A stretch of DNA of 64,000 nucleotides from Aplysia californica (lineage: Eukaryota): NCBI RefSeq assembly GCF_000002075.1, contig NW_004797796.1, positions 489,305 to 553,304 of the forward strand, written 5' to 3'. A model generated the notes under the pieces. It was not told the DNA's origin and searched no databases. It saw only the letters and a program-made list of their open reading frames with translations. Numbering within the stretch: the stretch's first letter is position 1; each line of letters opens with the position of its first letter. Both the position numbers and the translations under genes were made by a program. Positions 51,221 to 64,000 of this stretch are shown here, in pieces.

Positions 51221-52320
51221 CCAGCCACAGGTCAGTTTGTTTTGAGCTGACAAAGATCACATCAAATTCAACACACATGTATACAAGTAGCAAAGGACAA
51301 CTCCATCAAACTCACAATTAAACATTTGTTTAAATTCATAGCATCACACTTCCAAATTTGTTACTTTAATGTAACCCTGAAGTTTGAGTTGAACACAAAC
51401 AAATTTGCAAGATAAATATCTCATCGTCTAATCATACAGAAAATGTAATTATTATAAATACATGTACATGTACATGTATTGTCACTGTGCCAGCAAAGTG
51501 GCACGTCTCATTTTTGCGACTTTTTAGATAAATGGAAAAAAAAAACTGTGACTAGACTGTTTGTAATCAAATAATGGTAAACATCGGCAGGCACATTTCT
51601 TTTGTGACTGCCAGCGCATTTTTGTTTTGATTTCACCAAGAGATGGATATACAGTGGAACTCGGATTCAACGAGGTCAGCCTGACCTAAAATCTCGTGGA
51701 ATCCGTGTGTTCGTTATAGCAAACATGAGGTTTTGTGAAGATAATTACTGGCACTGAGCAAGTAATGTATAAAGAGAAGTCACAAATAGTGCCTGAAACG
51801 CCTGCATATTATGAGCTATGTAAAAAAAAAAGAAGACCCGATTCGTTCAAACGCACACGCCTGAGTCATCTCGGTTGTTTACCAAAAAGTTGTTGCAGTG
51901 TAGAGCCTACCATACGGCAACTTTAGATTCCATAGACCAGGGCATAATTCATTAGCCTACGTAGATCTACGTCAAGACATTGTTATAATGATCAGTTGCC
52001 GAGGGAAAAAAAAAGACTGACGCGTTTGTATCTGCAACGTTCAACGCCCGGACCACTAGTGTCCACCCCTTCCCCATCCCCGACACGCACACACTGTCAC
52101 ACGCCTAGTCCGACACACGCCAGAGTAGGCACGTGCGCTTGTCAACAACGCATGTGTTGGCATGAAAAAAGGCCGCTAATTGGTCCCATGCAATCGACTA
52201 AATGAATAATGCAGGTGCAATGGATGGTTTCCAGGAATAGATAAAGCTGTCCCCGTAGAATTATGCAAATTTAGAAGGCCAAATTATGCACAAAAAAGCA
52301 AAAGTATGCAAAAATTATGC

Positions 52321-53005
52321 TAAGGCGTTGTGTTACGGGACCGTACACTGATATGTGCATGCATCTGGACTTTGCCAAAATACTGGAGGAAAACGGCCAG
52401 TTTATTAACGAAGCTCCTGACATTAGGAGTTATTGCAAGGAGAATGTTTAAAATATCTGAATACGATTGTGAGGTATCCAGTGGTCGTGGGTGAACCAGA
52501 ATTTGAAATTTGCTCACGTCGGCACCCAATTTGTTGTTATGTGTCAATAAAAGAAATCAAAGAGAGTGAGGGAGAGAGAGAGAGAAAAGAGAGTGTGAGT
52601 GTGAAAAACAGACAGAAAGGAAGTGAGTGAGAAAGAAAGAAAGTAAGAAGGAGTGGGAGAGAGAGAGGGAGAAAAAGTGTGAGTATGTGTGTGTTTGTGT
52701 CTCTGTGTGTGTGTGTGTTAGAGAGAGAGAGAGAGATGGGGGAGGGGTGTTCGTGAGAGAAAGAGAGAGATGAACAAATTTACACAAAGGGAATGGTTTG
52801 GACAAAAATGAGTAGGATAATAGTGTGTGTGCGCAGGCGCATTCTGCGGGCAGACGTGAGTACATTTTTAAGCTTTGCGACCTAAAATAAATAGGCCCCT
52901 AAGCCTAAGAGAGGGAAAGAGAGAGAGAGAGAAAAGAAAGAGTGTGTGTTTGAGTGAGTGTGTGAAAAACAGACAGAAAGGAGGTGAGAAAGAAAGAAAG
53001 TAAGA

Positions 53006-53061
<56 letters not shown>

Positions 53062-54640
53062 TTGGGGGAGGGGGGGTCGTGAGAGAAAGAGAGAGATGAA
53101 CAAATTACACATAGGGAATGTTTTGGACAAAAATGAGAAGGATAATAGTGTGTGTGCTCGGGCGCATTCTGCTGGCAGACGTGAGTACATTTTTAAGCTT
53201 TGCGACCTAAAATAAATAGGCCCCTTAGCCCCATTTAATGACGCTCGTAAACGCCGGAAATTTACTCACTTTTGCATGAGAGAACACGCCTGAGCACGCA
53301 CTCAGTCTTGATAGCGCGCAAGACGCAAGATCAACTCACATTCAGTGACAATAACAATAACATGAAAAGAAAGGAAAAAGAAGACAGCTTGGAAAAGGTA
53401 GATGGAAAGCAAAACAAACTATTGTAGAGACTTGACAGAACGTCGGGGAGTGAACTAAGCACAGACGAATTAAAGTTTATTTGCAAGCGCATTACATATA
53501 TAATATTATACGCCTGTCCACATTAATAATAAAACAACATTAGTATAACTGGACTACTTTTGCGCACAGGTGTCGTGTAATTGTAACAATAGTGCGGTCA
53601 AAAATTCGTGGCCCAACTTTTCCTCAAATACACTGTATCTCTTTAACAGAAGAATCAATGTCACCCATACTTTGCACAGCATGCAGTTCATTAAAAAAAA
53701 ATGTCTTAACTGAATAATATTTTTCCACAACAACTGAAGTTCGATAAAAAAATGTTCTTCATAAATTTATATAAAATACTAGGCCTATAAATCTCCATCA
53801 CGCGAAAAATGTGATTGTTCATAGCACTTCCCGCTTCTCGCACACAATTTGCAATATATGGCCTACGTCACAGCTCGCCAATGACACTTTTTAGTGGCAA
53901 AACTTCATACAAAAATGTTTTTATAATGAACACATTCTTTTTACACTAAAAAAGGTTTCCTAAACATACGTTCAATAAAGCATGCATGCTAGTGCGATTG
54001 GAAAAAAATGACAGACTTGCTTTTAAAAGGCAAAAGCGATATTGCCGGAGCTGTAAATTTTTAAAAATTTGTAGAAACAATCGACTGGGATTTTTTATTA
54101 GTACTTATTAAGGAATTTTCTAGATATTTCACAATAAGTTGCGCCGTGCATTTTTGACCGCACTATAGGCGTAAGTTGGTATACTATGAATTTAATTTGT
54201 ACTCTTAACTCATATTCCACGCAAGGCGTTACAATTACATGATTAATGATCTCTTCTCAATCTAATAGCATAATTATACCCAGCCGACCCCATCGTTCGC
54301 CCCCACATTCCCGTCGCCAACTCTTTCCACCTCTCTCTCTCTCTATCTCTCTATTTCTCTCTCTCTCTCCCCCTCTCTCTCTCCCCCCCCTCTCCCCCCC
54401 CTCACTCTCTTTGATTTCTTTTATTGACACGCATAACAACAACGTGGGTGCAGACGTGAGCAAATTTCAAATTCTGGTTCACCTACGGCCACTGGATACC
54501 TCACAATCGTATTCAGAACATTCTAGTAATAACTCCTTACGCCAGGAGCTTCGTTAAACTGGCCGTTTTCCTCCAGTATTTTTGCAAAGTCCAGATGCAT
54601 GCATATCATTCTGTGTACGGTTCCGTAACACCACGCCTTA
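52321..54640. mobile_element. Nested foldback-like element with about 250 bp inverted arms
   Basis: About 52321-52575 is the reverse complement of about 54395-54640; GA/TC microsatellites and an internal tandem pair of about 325 bp (about 52557-53230). Confidence 0.8.
53590..54165. mobile_element. Innermost nested element with TAG termini (Academ-like ends)
   Basis: 16 bp TIR TAGTGCGGTCAAAAAT ... ATTTTTGACCGCACTA. Confidence 0.65.
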
Positions 54641-54652
54641 GCGCAGGTAGGA

Positions 54653-54764
54653 CGTACGGTCCCCTAGCGCCAAACACTATGGGGGCGTACGGTCCCCTAG
54701 CGCCAAACACTATGGGGGCGTACGGTCCTCTAGCGCCACGCGCTATTGGGGCGTACGGTCCCCT
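54653..54764 (+). repeat. 33 bp tandem repeat, about 3.4 copies
   Basis: Unit GTACGGTCCCCTAGCGCCAAACACTATGGGGGC. Confidence 0.9.
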
Positions 54765-56838
54765 AACAATAGCCTTTGCACTTTTTCAACACGAAGTTTA
54801 ATGATTTTCATGTTTTATGTGCAGAAAAATTGAAAACAGAACATATCAGTATCAGTAATTTGTTGTGTATTTGGAAAAGAAAACGATACACATCAGTAAA
54901 AAAACAAAAACAAAAAACCCCCAAAAATAATAATCTCTGTAACTTTCAGCTGTAGATCTTGATCTATCTATAGAGGTAAGAAAAATGTTTTTTTTTTAAA
55001 TTTAAAAAAGGACATCTGGACCTCTGATGCTGGCACATTACTAAAACCAGGGACACCTGTCAAACATGAAACATCAGCAGACATGAGAACAACAACTTTT
55101 GATGGATTGAAAAATTGAACATGCTCAAGGAACAAAATCACAACCCATAACTTAGATATTCTAATAAGGGAATAACCAACTTTCCACTTAAATGAGACTT
55201 ATTACGGTGATTACGTCCCTTTAGTCACAAGGCGAGGCGTTAATTAATTGCTTTGTGAAAAAAAGGAAAAAACGTGAAGAAACGCGGATAATCCAAAATT
55301 ATGCAAATGTTGTAGAATTACGCGAAAAAACGCGGCCGCGAGGATAATCCAAAATTATGCAAATGTTGTAGAATTACGCGAAAAAACGCGGCCGCGAGCA
55401 GCTCGCGGCCGCACAATCGCATAATTCTACGGGGACAGAATTTTATTAAAGTTCGTTCAGGGAGAAAAATGAGCGAAGCCACGTCTGCGGGAAGGGCAGG
55501 GGGGGGGGGGGGGCTGTTCACCCTGGAAGCGACCTCGTTGAATCCGAGCTCACTGATTTTAATGCTAGTTGAATCCGGGTTATTTTTTAAATCGATTATA
55601 AAGAAGAAAGACCCCAGAGAATCTATCCCATCTCATTGAATCCGAGTTCTCGTTGAATCTGAGCTCGTTGAATCCGAGTTCCACTGTAGTGGCGTACCAC
55701 CAAACAAAATAAAAAGCTTGTTGTATTTTGGCACAACTCTGAGTTATGCCATTTTGCTAGTGCAGTGATGATATGCTTCATGTCTTGATTGACACAAATT
55801 AGATCATTTAAGAAGTGAACCCATTTGACCCTGCCTGTCAGCACCAATCAGGACTGAGTGAGATACATCACATAAGTAAAGAGACAGAAACACTTTGTTA
55901 ATTAATCTCCATCTCAGGGAATCAAACTTGCTATACACCGGTAGTATAGAGCAAGTGTAATAATTGATACTTTCGGTGCACTTCTTTGTATAAATTTGAG
56001 ACGAAACAAGACGTAGCGATCCATAATTGAATACATCCATTACATGATATAACAATGGTAACTGTAAATGAATACAACATAATTTAGCTTAAAAGTAGAA
56101 AATATGGAAAAAAGAGACCATTCACAGGATCTAATTTTGTACATATTTCTAACTCTAACTACGACCTAAGCACTGACCCTGAGAAAGACAAAGCAGTCTG
56201 TGGCCTCTCTTTGCCAATTTCTGACAAGTAAGATTCCTAGGAATTAGTCTTTCTGTTCTTAAAGCAAAGTCAGCGAGTGATAATTTCATAAAAGACGATT
56301 TGCAAGCGTCAAGAAGACAGAAAAAATACTTAAATTTTAGAAAAACAACTACAGCACGGTCCAGCTCAATAAAAACAGGAAAGACATCATTGTCTGTACC
56401 TTACTGTTTGGAATGGCTTTAATATAATAATAATATCCCTTTTTATTTAGTATAGTTGCTAAAAGTTGTGGGACCTCCAATACACATGTATGTATCAATC
56501 TTATGTAAACTCAACTCAAACAACAGAAGTATATGAACACCTCAGTAGGAAATCAAACCAGGGTCATGCACGCCAGTTTAGCATGATATCATTGGGGTGA
56601 ACTAAACAGTGCCCATATTATCTCTACCTTATCTTAAACAATAGCGTAAGCTGATAACCTCTACATAGAGAATTCAGGACTTGAGTGGATTGCCAAAATA
56701 GGCAAAAACAATCAAGTTCTTATCAACATTTGCAAAGACGAAGAACTTTGAATTTCAATGACATTGAAACGGAATGCTCAATGTTGAAATTTTTTTTTCA
56801 TGGAGTTTGAATTTTTAAAGGACTAGATCTGCTCTTAA

Positions 56839-56945
56839 CACTTTGCCACCATAGGACGCCGATCGGCGACAGTGTGATATAGCTTGTACCGCATCTGTAT
56901 CCTGGTCGTGAGAATAAGCTCTGCGAGCGGCGTGGATGGATAGTG
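56839..56945. mobile_element. Tiny piggyBac-type MITE (TTAA TSD); duplicate at 60456-60562
   Basis: TTAA|CACT ... AGTG|TTAA with a CpG-rich 107 bp interior. Confidence 0.55.
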
Positions 56946-57280
56946 TTAATTCCAGAAATTATTATGTGTCAATTTCAAAAAGGCAAAAAAATGGACTTCT
57001 TGTATGCAGATGCAATTTCTTGGTAACCTCTTCTACGACTCTGATTCTTCATGATATTGTAAAACATCAGTGAATCTCACTGGGCACTCAAGTGTGTACT
57101 GACTGCTCTTTATAAAATAGTCACCTCAAGCAAGCATAAACATTGATCACAGGAGCTTGAGCAATTTTGAAAACAGAAACTACTGAAAACTTACAACTTC
57201 ACCTTTCATCCATCGACAAGCATGATGCCCCCTCCCCCTTCAGTATTCGCCTCTCTTTCATTCACATTTGACCGTGATGT

Positions 57281-59028
57281 GGAGGATTGTCAGCTCACTA
57301 AACGGAGAAAACCTAAACAGGGATGCACCAGTAATATTTGACAAAGATGGCGAGTCCAACGTAGGAAAACAAGCAGCAAACCTACTCATCCAGCATGCAG
57401 TACAAGGAAGTGGGCAAGTTAGAAATATCCCCAGACAGAATAGAAGAAGTACAAAGAAAAAATTCATGCTTTTGAATCCCAACAAGAACCTAAAGAGGAT
57501 GTTATGACCAAACCACTCATAATGACAGAACTGGATAGAGCCCTACTCCAGCTCAAACCAAGACAAGCCCCAGGCCCACATAAAATCAGCAACGACATGC
57601 TTATGCATAAGAAACACTGCTAAGAAGAAAATCCTCCAAATATTCAACAGCAGCTGAAAGAACGGGAAAATTCCAAAAGCTTGGAAAACTGTTATACAGA
57701 TACCCCTCCTCAAAGACGGAAAACCCAAGAACAGTGCAGAAAGCTACCGCCCAATCAGCCTCACCAGCTGTCTGTGCAAGCTTCTAGAGAGGATCCTCAA
57801 CTACAGACTCTGCTGGTTCCTAGAGAAAAACCATCTTCTATCAGATAACAAGCTGGGTTTAGGAAACATCGATCAACCGAAGACCAGATTACATACATTG
57901 CTCAGATAGTAGAGGATGGCTTCTAAAGAAAAGAAAACACTGTAGCCGTCTGGATCGACCTGGAGAAGGCGTTTGATAAAGTCTGGACAGAAGGACTCAT
58001 ACTGAAATTACAAAATCTGAACATCTCTCACAACATGCTGAAATGGATCTCACAATACCTATCTCAAAGAAGAGCATGTGTGAAACTGCAAGGAAAAAGA
58101 AGCAAAATGGAGACAATCAGTAATGGAGTCCCACAAGGGGGAGTTTTATCAGCGACCCTGTTCCTGATTTTCCTCAACAACATTTCAACCACCATCACCA
58201 AGAAAGTGACAGCAGCGGAGTACGCAGATGACATCGCTCTTTTATGCTCGGCAGAATCAGTAGGAACCGCCCAGGTACGACCCCAAAGCACACTTAAAAA
58301 CATGATGAAGTGGACAGAAGAGTGGGGATAGAAGATCAACAAAAACAAGACCATGTACACAACATTCAGCCTCTCACCAAAACCCCGAAAGGTAAACTTG
58401 CATCTTGATGGAAACACTCTACAACACGAGTCAAATCCCACCTATTTGGGTGTGACGTTTGATCCAAGACTAACATGGCAAGCCCAAACAGAGAGGTGCA
58501 GAAGTAAAGGCAACAGAAGAACAGCACTACTTAGAAAGTTGGCCGGGTCAGATTGGGGAGCAAACCACACCGTCTTACGTGGAGTCTATGTTGGATATGT
58601 CCGCCCAGTCTTAGAATATGGTATCACAGCGTGGGGAACAGCATCAGACAGCAATTTCCACAAAGTGGCGAGAATCCAGAATCAAAATCTGCGGATCATC
58701 ACGGGAGCAATGAGATCCACGCCCATTCATGTCATGGAAACACTAACGGGGCTAGAACCCCTGAATGACAGACGTGCTCTGAAAGCGATTGTTCATCAGG
58801 AAAAGGTCAAAAGAATGCCAACCCATCCAATGAAGGATAGATCTTCAAAAAGCCAGAGCAAACGCCTAAAAAGAACACGCTTCCTCCATATGGCCAGACA
58901 TTCCAGCTCTGGACTTGAAATCTCTCTAAAAGAATCTCCAACCCCACTAGACCCGTGTCAAGTCCACCCCCTTCAGACTAATCACCCCCCTCAAATTCGA
59001 GAAAACCCAGAAAAGCTTGGCACCAAAT
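57281..59028 (+). mobile_element. Duplicate copy of the LINE at 60898-63546, truncated by the gap
   Basis: Same sequence at offset 3617. Confidence 0.85.
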
Positions 59029-60897
59029 NNNNNNNNNNNNNNNNNNNNNNNNNNNNNNNNNNNNNNNNNNNNNNNNNNNNNNNNNNNNNNNNNNNNNNNN
59101 NNNNNNNNNNNNNNNNNNNNNNNNNNNNGGCTGTTCACCCTGGAAGCGACCTCGTTGAATCCGAGCTCACTGATTTTAATGCTAGTTGAATCCGGGTTAT
59201 TTTTTAAATCGATTATAAAGAAGAAAGACCCCAGAGAATCTATCCCATCTCATTGAATCCGAGTTCTCGTTGAATCTGAGCTCGTTGAATCCGAGTTCCA
59301 CTGTAGTGGCGTACCACCAAACAAAATAAAAAGCTTGTTGTATTTTGGCACAACTCTGAGTTATGCCATTTTGCTAGTGCAGTGATGATATGCTTCATGT
59401 CTTGATTGACACAAATTAGATCATTTAAGAAGTGAACCCATTTGACCCTGCCTGTCAGCACCAATCAGGGCTGAGTGAGATACATCACATAAGTAAAGAG
59501 ACAGAAACACTTTGTTAATTAATCCCCATCTCAGGGAATCAAACTTGCTATACACCGGTAGTATAGAGCAAGTGTAATAATTGATACTTTCGGTGCACTT
59601 CTTTGTATAAATTTGAGACGAAACAAGACGTAGCGATCCATAATTGAATACATCCATTACATGATATAACAATGGTAACTGTAAATGAATACAACATAAT
59701 TTAGCTTAAAAGTAGAAAATATGGAAAAAAGAGACCATTCACAGGATCTAATTTTGTACATATTTCTAACTCTAACTACGACCTAAGCACTGACCCTGAG
59801 AAAGACAAAGCAGTCTGTGGCCTCTCTTTGCCAATTTCTGACAAGTAAGATTCCTAGGAATTAGTCTTTCTGTTCTTAAAGCAAAGTCAGCGAGTGATAA
59901 TTTCATAAAAGACGATTTGCAAGCGTCAAGAAGACAGAAAAAATACTTAAATTTGAGAAAAACAACTACAGCACGGTCCAGCTCAATAAAAACAGGAAAG
60001 ACATCATTGTCTGTACCTTACTGTTTGGAATGGCTTTAATATAATAATAATATCCCTTTTTATTTAGTATAGTTGCTAAAAGTTGTGGGACCTCCAATAC
60101 ACATGTATGTATCAATCTTATGTAAACTCAACTCAAACAACAGAAGTATATGAACACCTCAGTAGGAAATCAAACCAGGGTCATGCACGCCAGTTTAGCA
60201 TGATATCATTGGGGTGAACTAAACAGTGCCCATATTATCTCTACCTTATCTTAAACAATAGCGTAAGCTGATAACCTCTACATAGAGAATTCAGGACTTG
60301 AGTGGATTGCCAAAATAGGCAAAAACAATCAAGTTCTTATCAACATTTGCAAAGACGAAGAACTTTGAATTTCAATGACATTGAAACGGAATGCTCAATG
60401 TTGAAATTTTTTTTTCATGGAGTTTGAATTTTTAAAGGACTAGATCTGCTCTTAACACTTTGCCACCATAGGACGCCGATCGGCGACAGTGTGATATAGC
60501 TTGTACCGCATCTGTATCCTGGTCGTGAGAATAAGCTCTGCGAGCGGCGTGGATGGATAGTGTTAATTCCAGAAATTATTATGTGTCAATTTCAAAAAGG
60601 CAAAAAAATGGACTTCTTGTATGCAGATGCAATTTCTTGGTAACCTCTTCTACGACTCTGATTCTTCATGATATTGTAAAACATCAGTGAATCTCACTGG
60701 GCACTCAAGTGTGTACTGACTGCTCTTTATAAAATAGTCACCTCAAGCAAGCATAAACATTGATCACAGGAGCTTGAGCAATTTTGAAAACAGAAACTAC
60801 TGAAAACTTACAACTTCACCTTTCATCCATCGACAAGCATGATGCCCCCTCCCCCTTCAGTATTCGCCTCTCTTTCATTCACATTTGACCGTGATGT

Positions 60898-63546
60898 GGA
60901 GGATTGTCAGCTCACTAAACGGAGAAAACCTAAACAGGGATGCACCAGTAATATTTGACAAAGATGGCGAGTCCAACGTAGGAAAACAAGCAGCAAACCT
61001 ACTCATCCAGCATGCAGTACAAGGAAGTGGGCAAGTTAGAAATATCCCCAGACAGAATAGAAGAAGTACAAAGAAAAAATTCATGCTTTTGAATCCCAAC
61101 AAGAACCTAAAGAGGATGTTATGACCAAACCACTCATAATGACAGAACTGGATAGAGCCCTACTCCAGCTCAAACCAAGACAAGCCCCAGGCCCACATAA
61201 AATCAGCAACGACATGCTTATGCATAAGAAACACTGCTAAGAAGAAAATCCTCCAAATATTCAACAGCAGCTGAAAGAACGGGAAAATTCCAAAAGCTTG
61301 GAAAACTGTTATACAGATACCCCTCCTCAAAGACGGAAAACCCAAGAACAGTGCAGAAAGCTACCGCCCAATCAGCCTCACCAGCTGTCTGTGCAAGCTT
61401 CTAGAGAGGATCCTCAACTACAGACTCTGCTGGTTCCTAGAGAAAAACCATCTTCTATCAGATAACAAGCTGGGTTTAGGAAACATCGATCAACCGAAGA
61501 CCAGATTACATACATTGCTCAGATAGTAGAGGATGGCTTCTAAAGAAAAGAAAACACTGTAGCCGTCTGGATCGACCTGGAGAAGGCGTTTGATAAAGTC
61601 TGGACAGAAGGACTCATACTGAAATTACAAAATCTGAACATCTCTCACAACATGCTGAAATGGATCTCACAATACCTATCTCAAAGAAGAGCATGTGTGA
61701 AACTGCAAGGAAAAAGAAGCAAAATGGAGACAATCAGTAATGGAGTCCCACAAGGGGGAGTTTTATCAGCGACCCTGTTCCTGATTTTCCTCAACAACAT
61801 TTCAACCACCATCACCAAGAAAGTGACAGCAGCGGAGTACGCAGATGACATCGCTCTTTTATGCTCGGCAGAATCAGTAGGAACCGCCCAGGTACGACCC
61901 CAAAGCACACTTAAAAACATGATGAAGTGGACAGAAGAGTGGGGATAGAAGATCAACAAAAACAAGACCATGTACACAACATTCAGCCTCTCACCAAAAC
62001 CCCGAAAGGTAAACTTGCATCTTGATGGAAACACTCTACAACACGAGTCAAATCCCACCTATTTGGGTGTGACGTTTGATCCAAGACTAACATGGCAAGC
62101 CCAAACAGAGAGGTGCAGAAGTAAAGGCAACAGAAGAACAGCACTACTTAGAAAGTTGGCCGGGTCAGATTGGGGAGCAAACCACACCGTCTTACGTGGA
62201 GTCTATGTTGGATATGTCCGCCCAGTCTTAGAATATGGTATCACAGCGTGGGGAACAGCATCAGACAGCAATTTCCACAAAGTGGCGAGAATCCAGAATC
62301 AAAATCTGCGGATCATCACGGGAGCAATGAGATCCACGCCCATTCATGTCATGGAAACACTAACGGGGCTAGAACCCCTGAATGACAGACGTGCTCTGAA
62401 AGCGATTGTTCATCAGGAAAAGGTCAAAAGAATGCCAACCCATCCAATGAAGGATAGATCTTCAAAAAGCCAGAGCAAACGCCTAAAAAGAACACGCTTC
62501 CTCCATATGGCCAGACATTCCAGCTCTGGACTTGAAATCTCTCTAAAAGAATCTCCAACCCCACTAGACCCGTGTCAAGTCCACCCCCTTCAGACTAATC
62601 ACCCCCCTCAAATTCGAGAAAACCCAGAAAAGCTTGGCACCAAATCCGAAGTCCCTCCTCCAATACTCAAGTCACTGGCGCTCGACTACCTGGACAGAAA
62701 CTTCCCAAGCTACCTGTGGAATCGAGTTTACACATATGGATCAGCAACTGATGCTGTCAAAAACGGTGGTGGAGGTATCTACATAGAGTGGATAGATGGG
62801 ACAACACAAAGCCATTCCATCCCCATACGATCTCTATCCTCCAACTATAAAGCAGAAACATCAGCACTCGAAACAGCAGCCACCATTCTCTTGAATCACC
62901 CAAAATCTAAAGCCAACACTGTCATCCTCACAGATGCCAAATCTGTCCTACAAGCTCTCCAAAAGCCACAAACAGCCCAAGTACGACAACTCCTTTCACT
63001 CATGTGTGATCTAAACTCCCAAGCCAACACAACTCTGCAGTGGATACCAGGTCACTGCGCATTCGCATTCATGGAAATGAAAAAGCAGATAGCTTAGCCA
63101 AAGAAGGAGCCAAAATGACCCAGATTGAAGATGGCATGGATCTCTCAGAGTCAAAAACACTAATAAAAACTGCTTTAAGAAACAGATGGAAAAGGTCCCA
63201 CCCTAAACACAACAGACATGACCCCTATTACATACTAAATAGAGCAGACCAAGTCACAATCTTTAGACTCCGTTGTGGCCACAACAGACTCAAACACCAT
63301 ATGCACGCCAAATTAAAAGTGGGAGAAACAGCGACCTGTGAATGTGGACACGACCAAGAGGATGTCAACCATTGTCCTTCAGCATTGCTCGCGCTACGCC
63401 ACCCTTCGCTCACAGACGTGGCAGAATGTGGCTCCCCTTGAGAGAAAACTCTATGGCAGTCTTTCAGAGTTGAAGCGAACTACACAGTTTGTACGTGACA
63501 TCGGACTGATTGTCTAGCTGCTGTCATCGAGAACGAGGAAGAAGAA
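60898..63546 (+). mobile_element. 5'-truncated non-LTR retrotransposon (I/Nimb/Ingi group) with RT, RNase H and CCHC; inactive
   Basis: YRPISLTSC, DLEKAFDKV, GVPQGGVLS, YADD, YLGVTFD; RNase H YT(Y)GS..AE..LTD..WIPGH..GNEKAD; CECG..H..C; (GAA)n tail; TSD GACCGTGATGT at 60887-60897 and 63547-63557; several stops and frameshifts. Confidence 0.92.
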
Positions 63547-63561
63547 GACCGTGATGTAACA

Positions 63562-63999
63562 TCAAGAACGTTCTGCAGCACAAGTAGAAATAGTAATGAG
63601 AATATCTGATGCTGCCGCATTAGCCACCAAAGGATCGAAACCCTCCAAAGTCATGGCAACGTAGCGGCCAAAGTGTGTCCAGCGAGTTTCCACTGATGTA
63701 CCAGTTCTCCCAGCCCACCTTCCTAGATCTGACGACATTGTTGGTACACCAGTTTGGACTTGTTGCTCTGTAACTGAAAGGTGACCTCCACGTTCCTCTG
63801 GTTGGATCAAATCTGACGGAAGACACGAGGGATCAGAATCCAAAAATATTTTCTTTCTGCTTTTCAACTGGTCTGACGAGGCGCTGTTGAGGCAAGATGT
63901 GTCTCCTTCGGCTGAATCAGAGGGGGCGCAAGGAGAACCTGGCTCCGAGACTGAAGAGCAGGAGAGTGATAATGAGAGACCGGGGTACGGATTTTTTTC
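63562..63999 (-). CDS. C-terminal part of a gene entering from the right edge; Ser-rich linker plus MADF/BESS-like C-terminal helical motif
   Basis: Stop-free for 145 codons from the window edge to TGA at 63562-63564. It ends WTHFGRYVAMTLEGFDPLVANAAASDILITI, resembling the FGxYVAxxL...AxxxI motif of MADF/Myb-SANT (Harbinger ORF2-type) proteins. Confidence 0.55.
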   Translation of the reverse strand, partial: EKNPYPGLSLSLSCSSVSEPGSPCAPSDSAEGDTSCLNSASSDQLKSRKKIFLDSDPSCLPSDLIQPEERGGHLSVTEQQVQTGVPTMSSDLGRWAGRTGTSVETRWTHFGRYVAMTLEGFDPLVANAAASDILITISTCAAERS

Positions 64000-64000
64000 G

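Larger units (their letters stand above)
52247..55438. mobile_element. Nested TIR element (20 bp TIR CTGTCCCCGTAGAATTATGC)
   Basis: Perfect inverted 20-mer; TTATGC-rich subterminal repeats. Confidence 0.75.
51652..55686. mobile_element. Tigger/pogo-like element hosting nested insertions
   Basis: Perfect 23 bp TIR CAGTGGAACTCGGATTCAACGAG, TA on both sides. Confidence 0.85.
55512..62645 (+). repeat. 3.5 kb tandem duplication across a 100-N gap (55512-59028 / 59129-62645)
   Basis: Offset 3617 with about 3 visible SNPs; starts at a poly-G run. Typical unmerged contig overlap. Confidence 0.9.

Noticed and set aside
54595-54801. Repeat protein ORF (AYGPLAPNTMG)n
   Set aside because: By-product of a 33 bp minisatellite inside a transposon nest; no splice or gene context.
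58353-63441. Functional reverse transcriptase or a novel RT system
   Set aside because: Ordinary LINE ORF2 remnants with stops, frameshifts, a mutated first RNase H Asp (YTYGS) and 5' truncation.

Overview
Eukaryotic, AT-rich, repeat-dense animal DNA from a gapped draft assembly. The repeat content suggests a marine invertebrate, possibly a mollusc; this is inference. The main gene is a complete + strand medium-chain acyl-CoA synthetase (ACSM3-like, N-terminal mitochondrial-type presequence). I reconstructed it by hand as 15 coding exons from ATG 10349 to TAA 42745, all GT-AG and phase-consistent, 1794 nt or 597 aa, with a likely non-coding first exon ending at 3129. At the right edge, the end of a - strand ORF (63562..63999) carries a MADF/BESS-like C-terminal motif, and a 5'-truncated RT+RNase H LINE has inserted about 5 nt past its stop. 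The rest is transposon material: a decayed Sola1 nested in a pogo/mariner-like element, a four-layer DNA-transposon nest (51.6-55.7 kb), RTE and I/Nimb/Ingi-type LINE fragments, several SINE families, many MITEs and a perfect 9 x 50 bp tandem array. Three kb-scale near-identical duplications are probably assembly or haplotype artefacts. I found no convincing novel multi-gene system. The least explained signal is a dense cloud of short CTAG-centred palindromes around the putative promoter.
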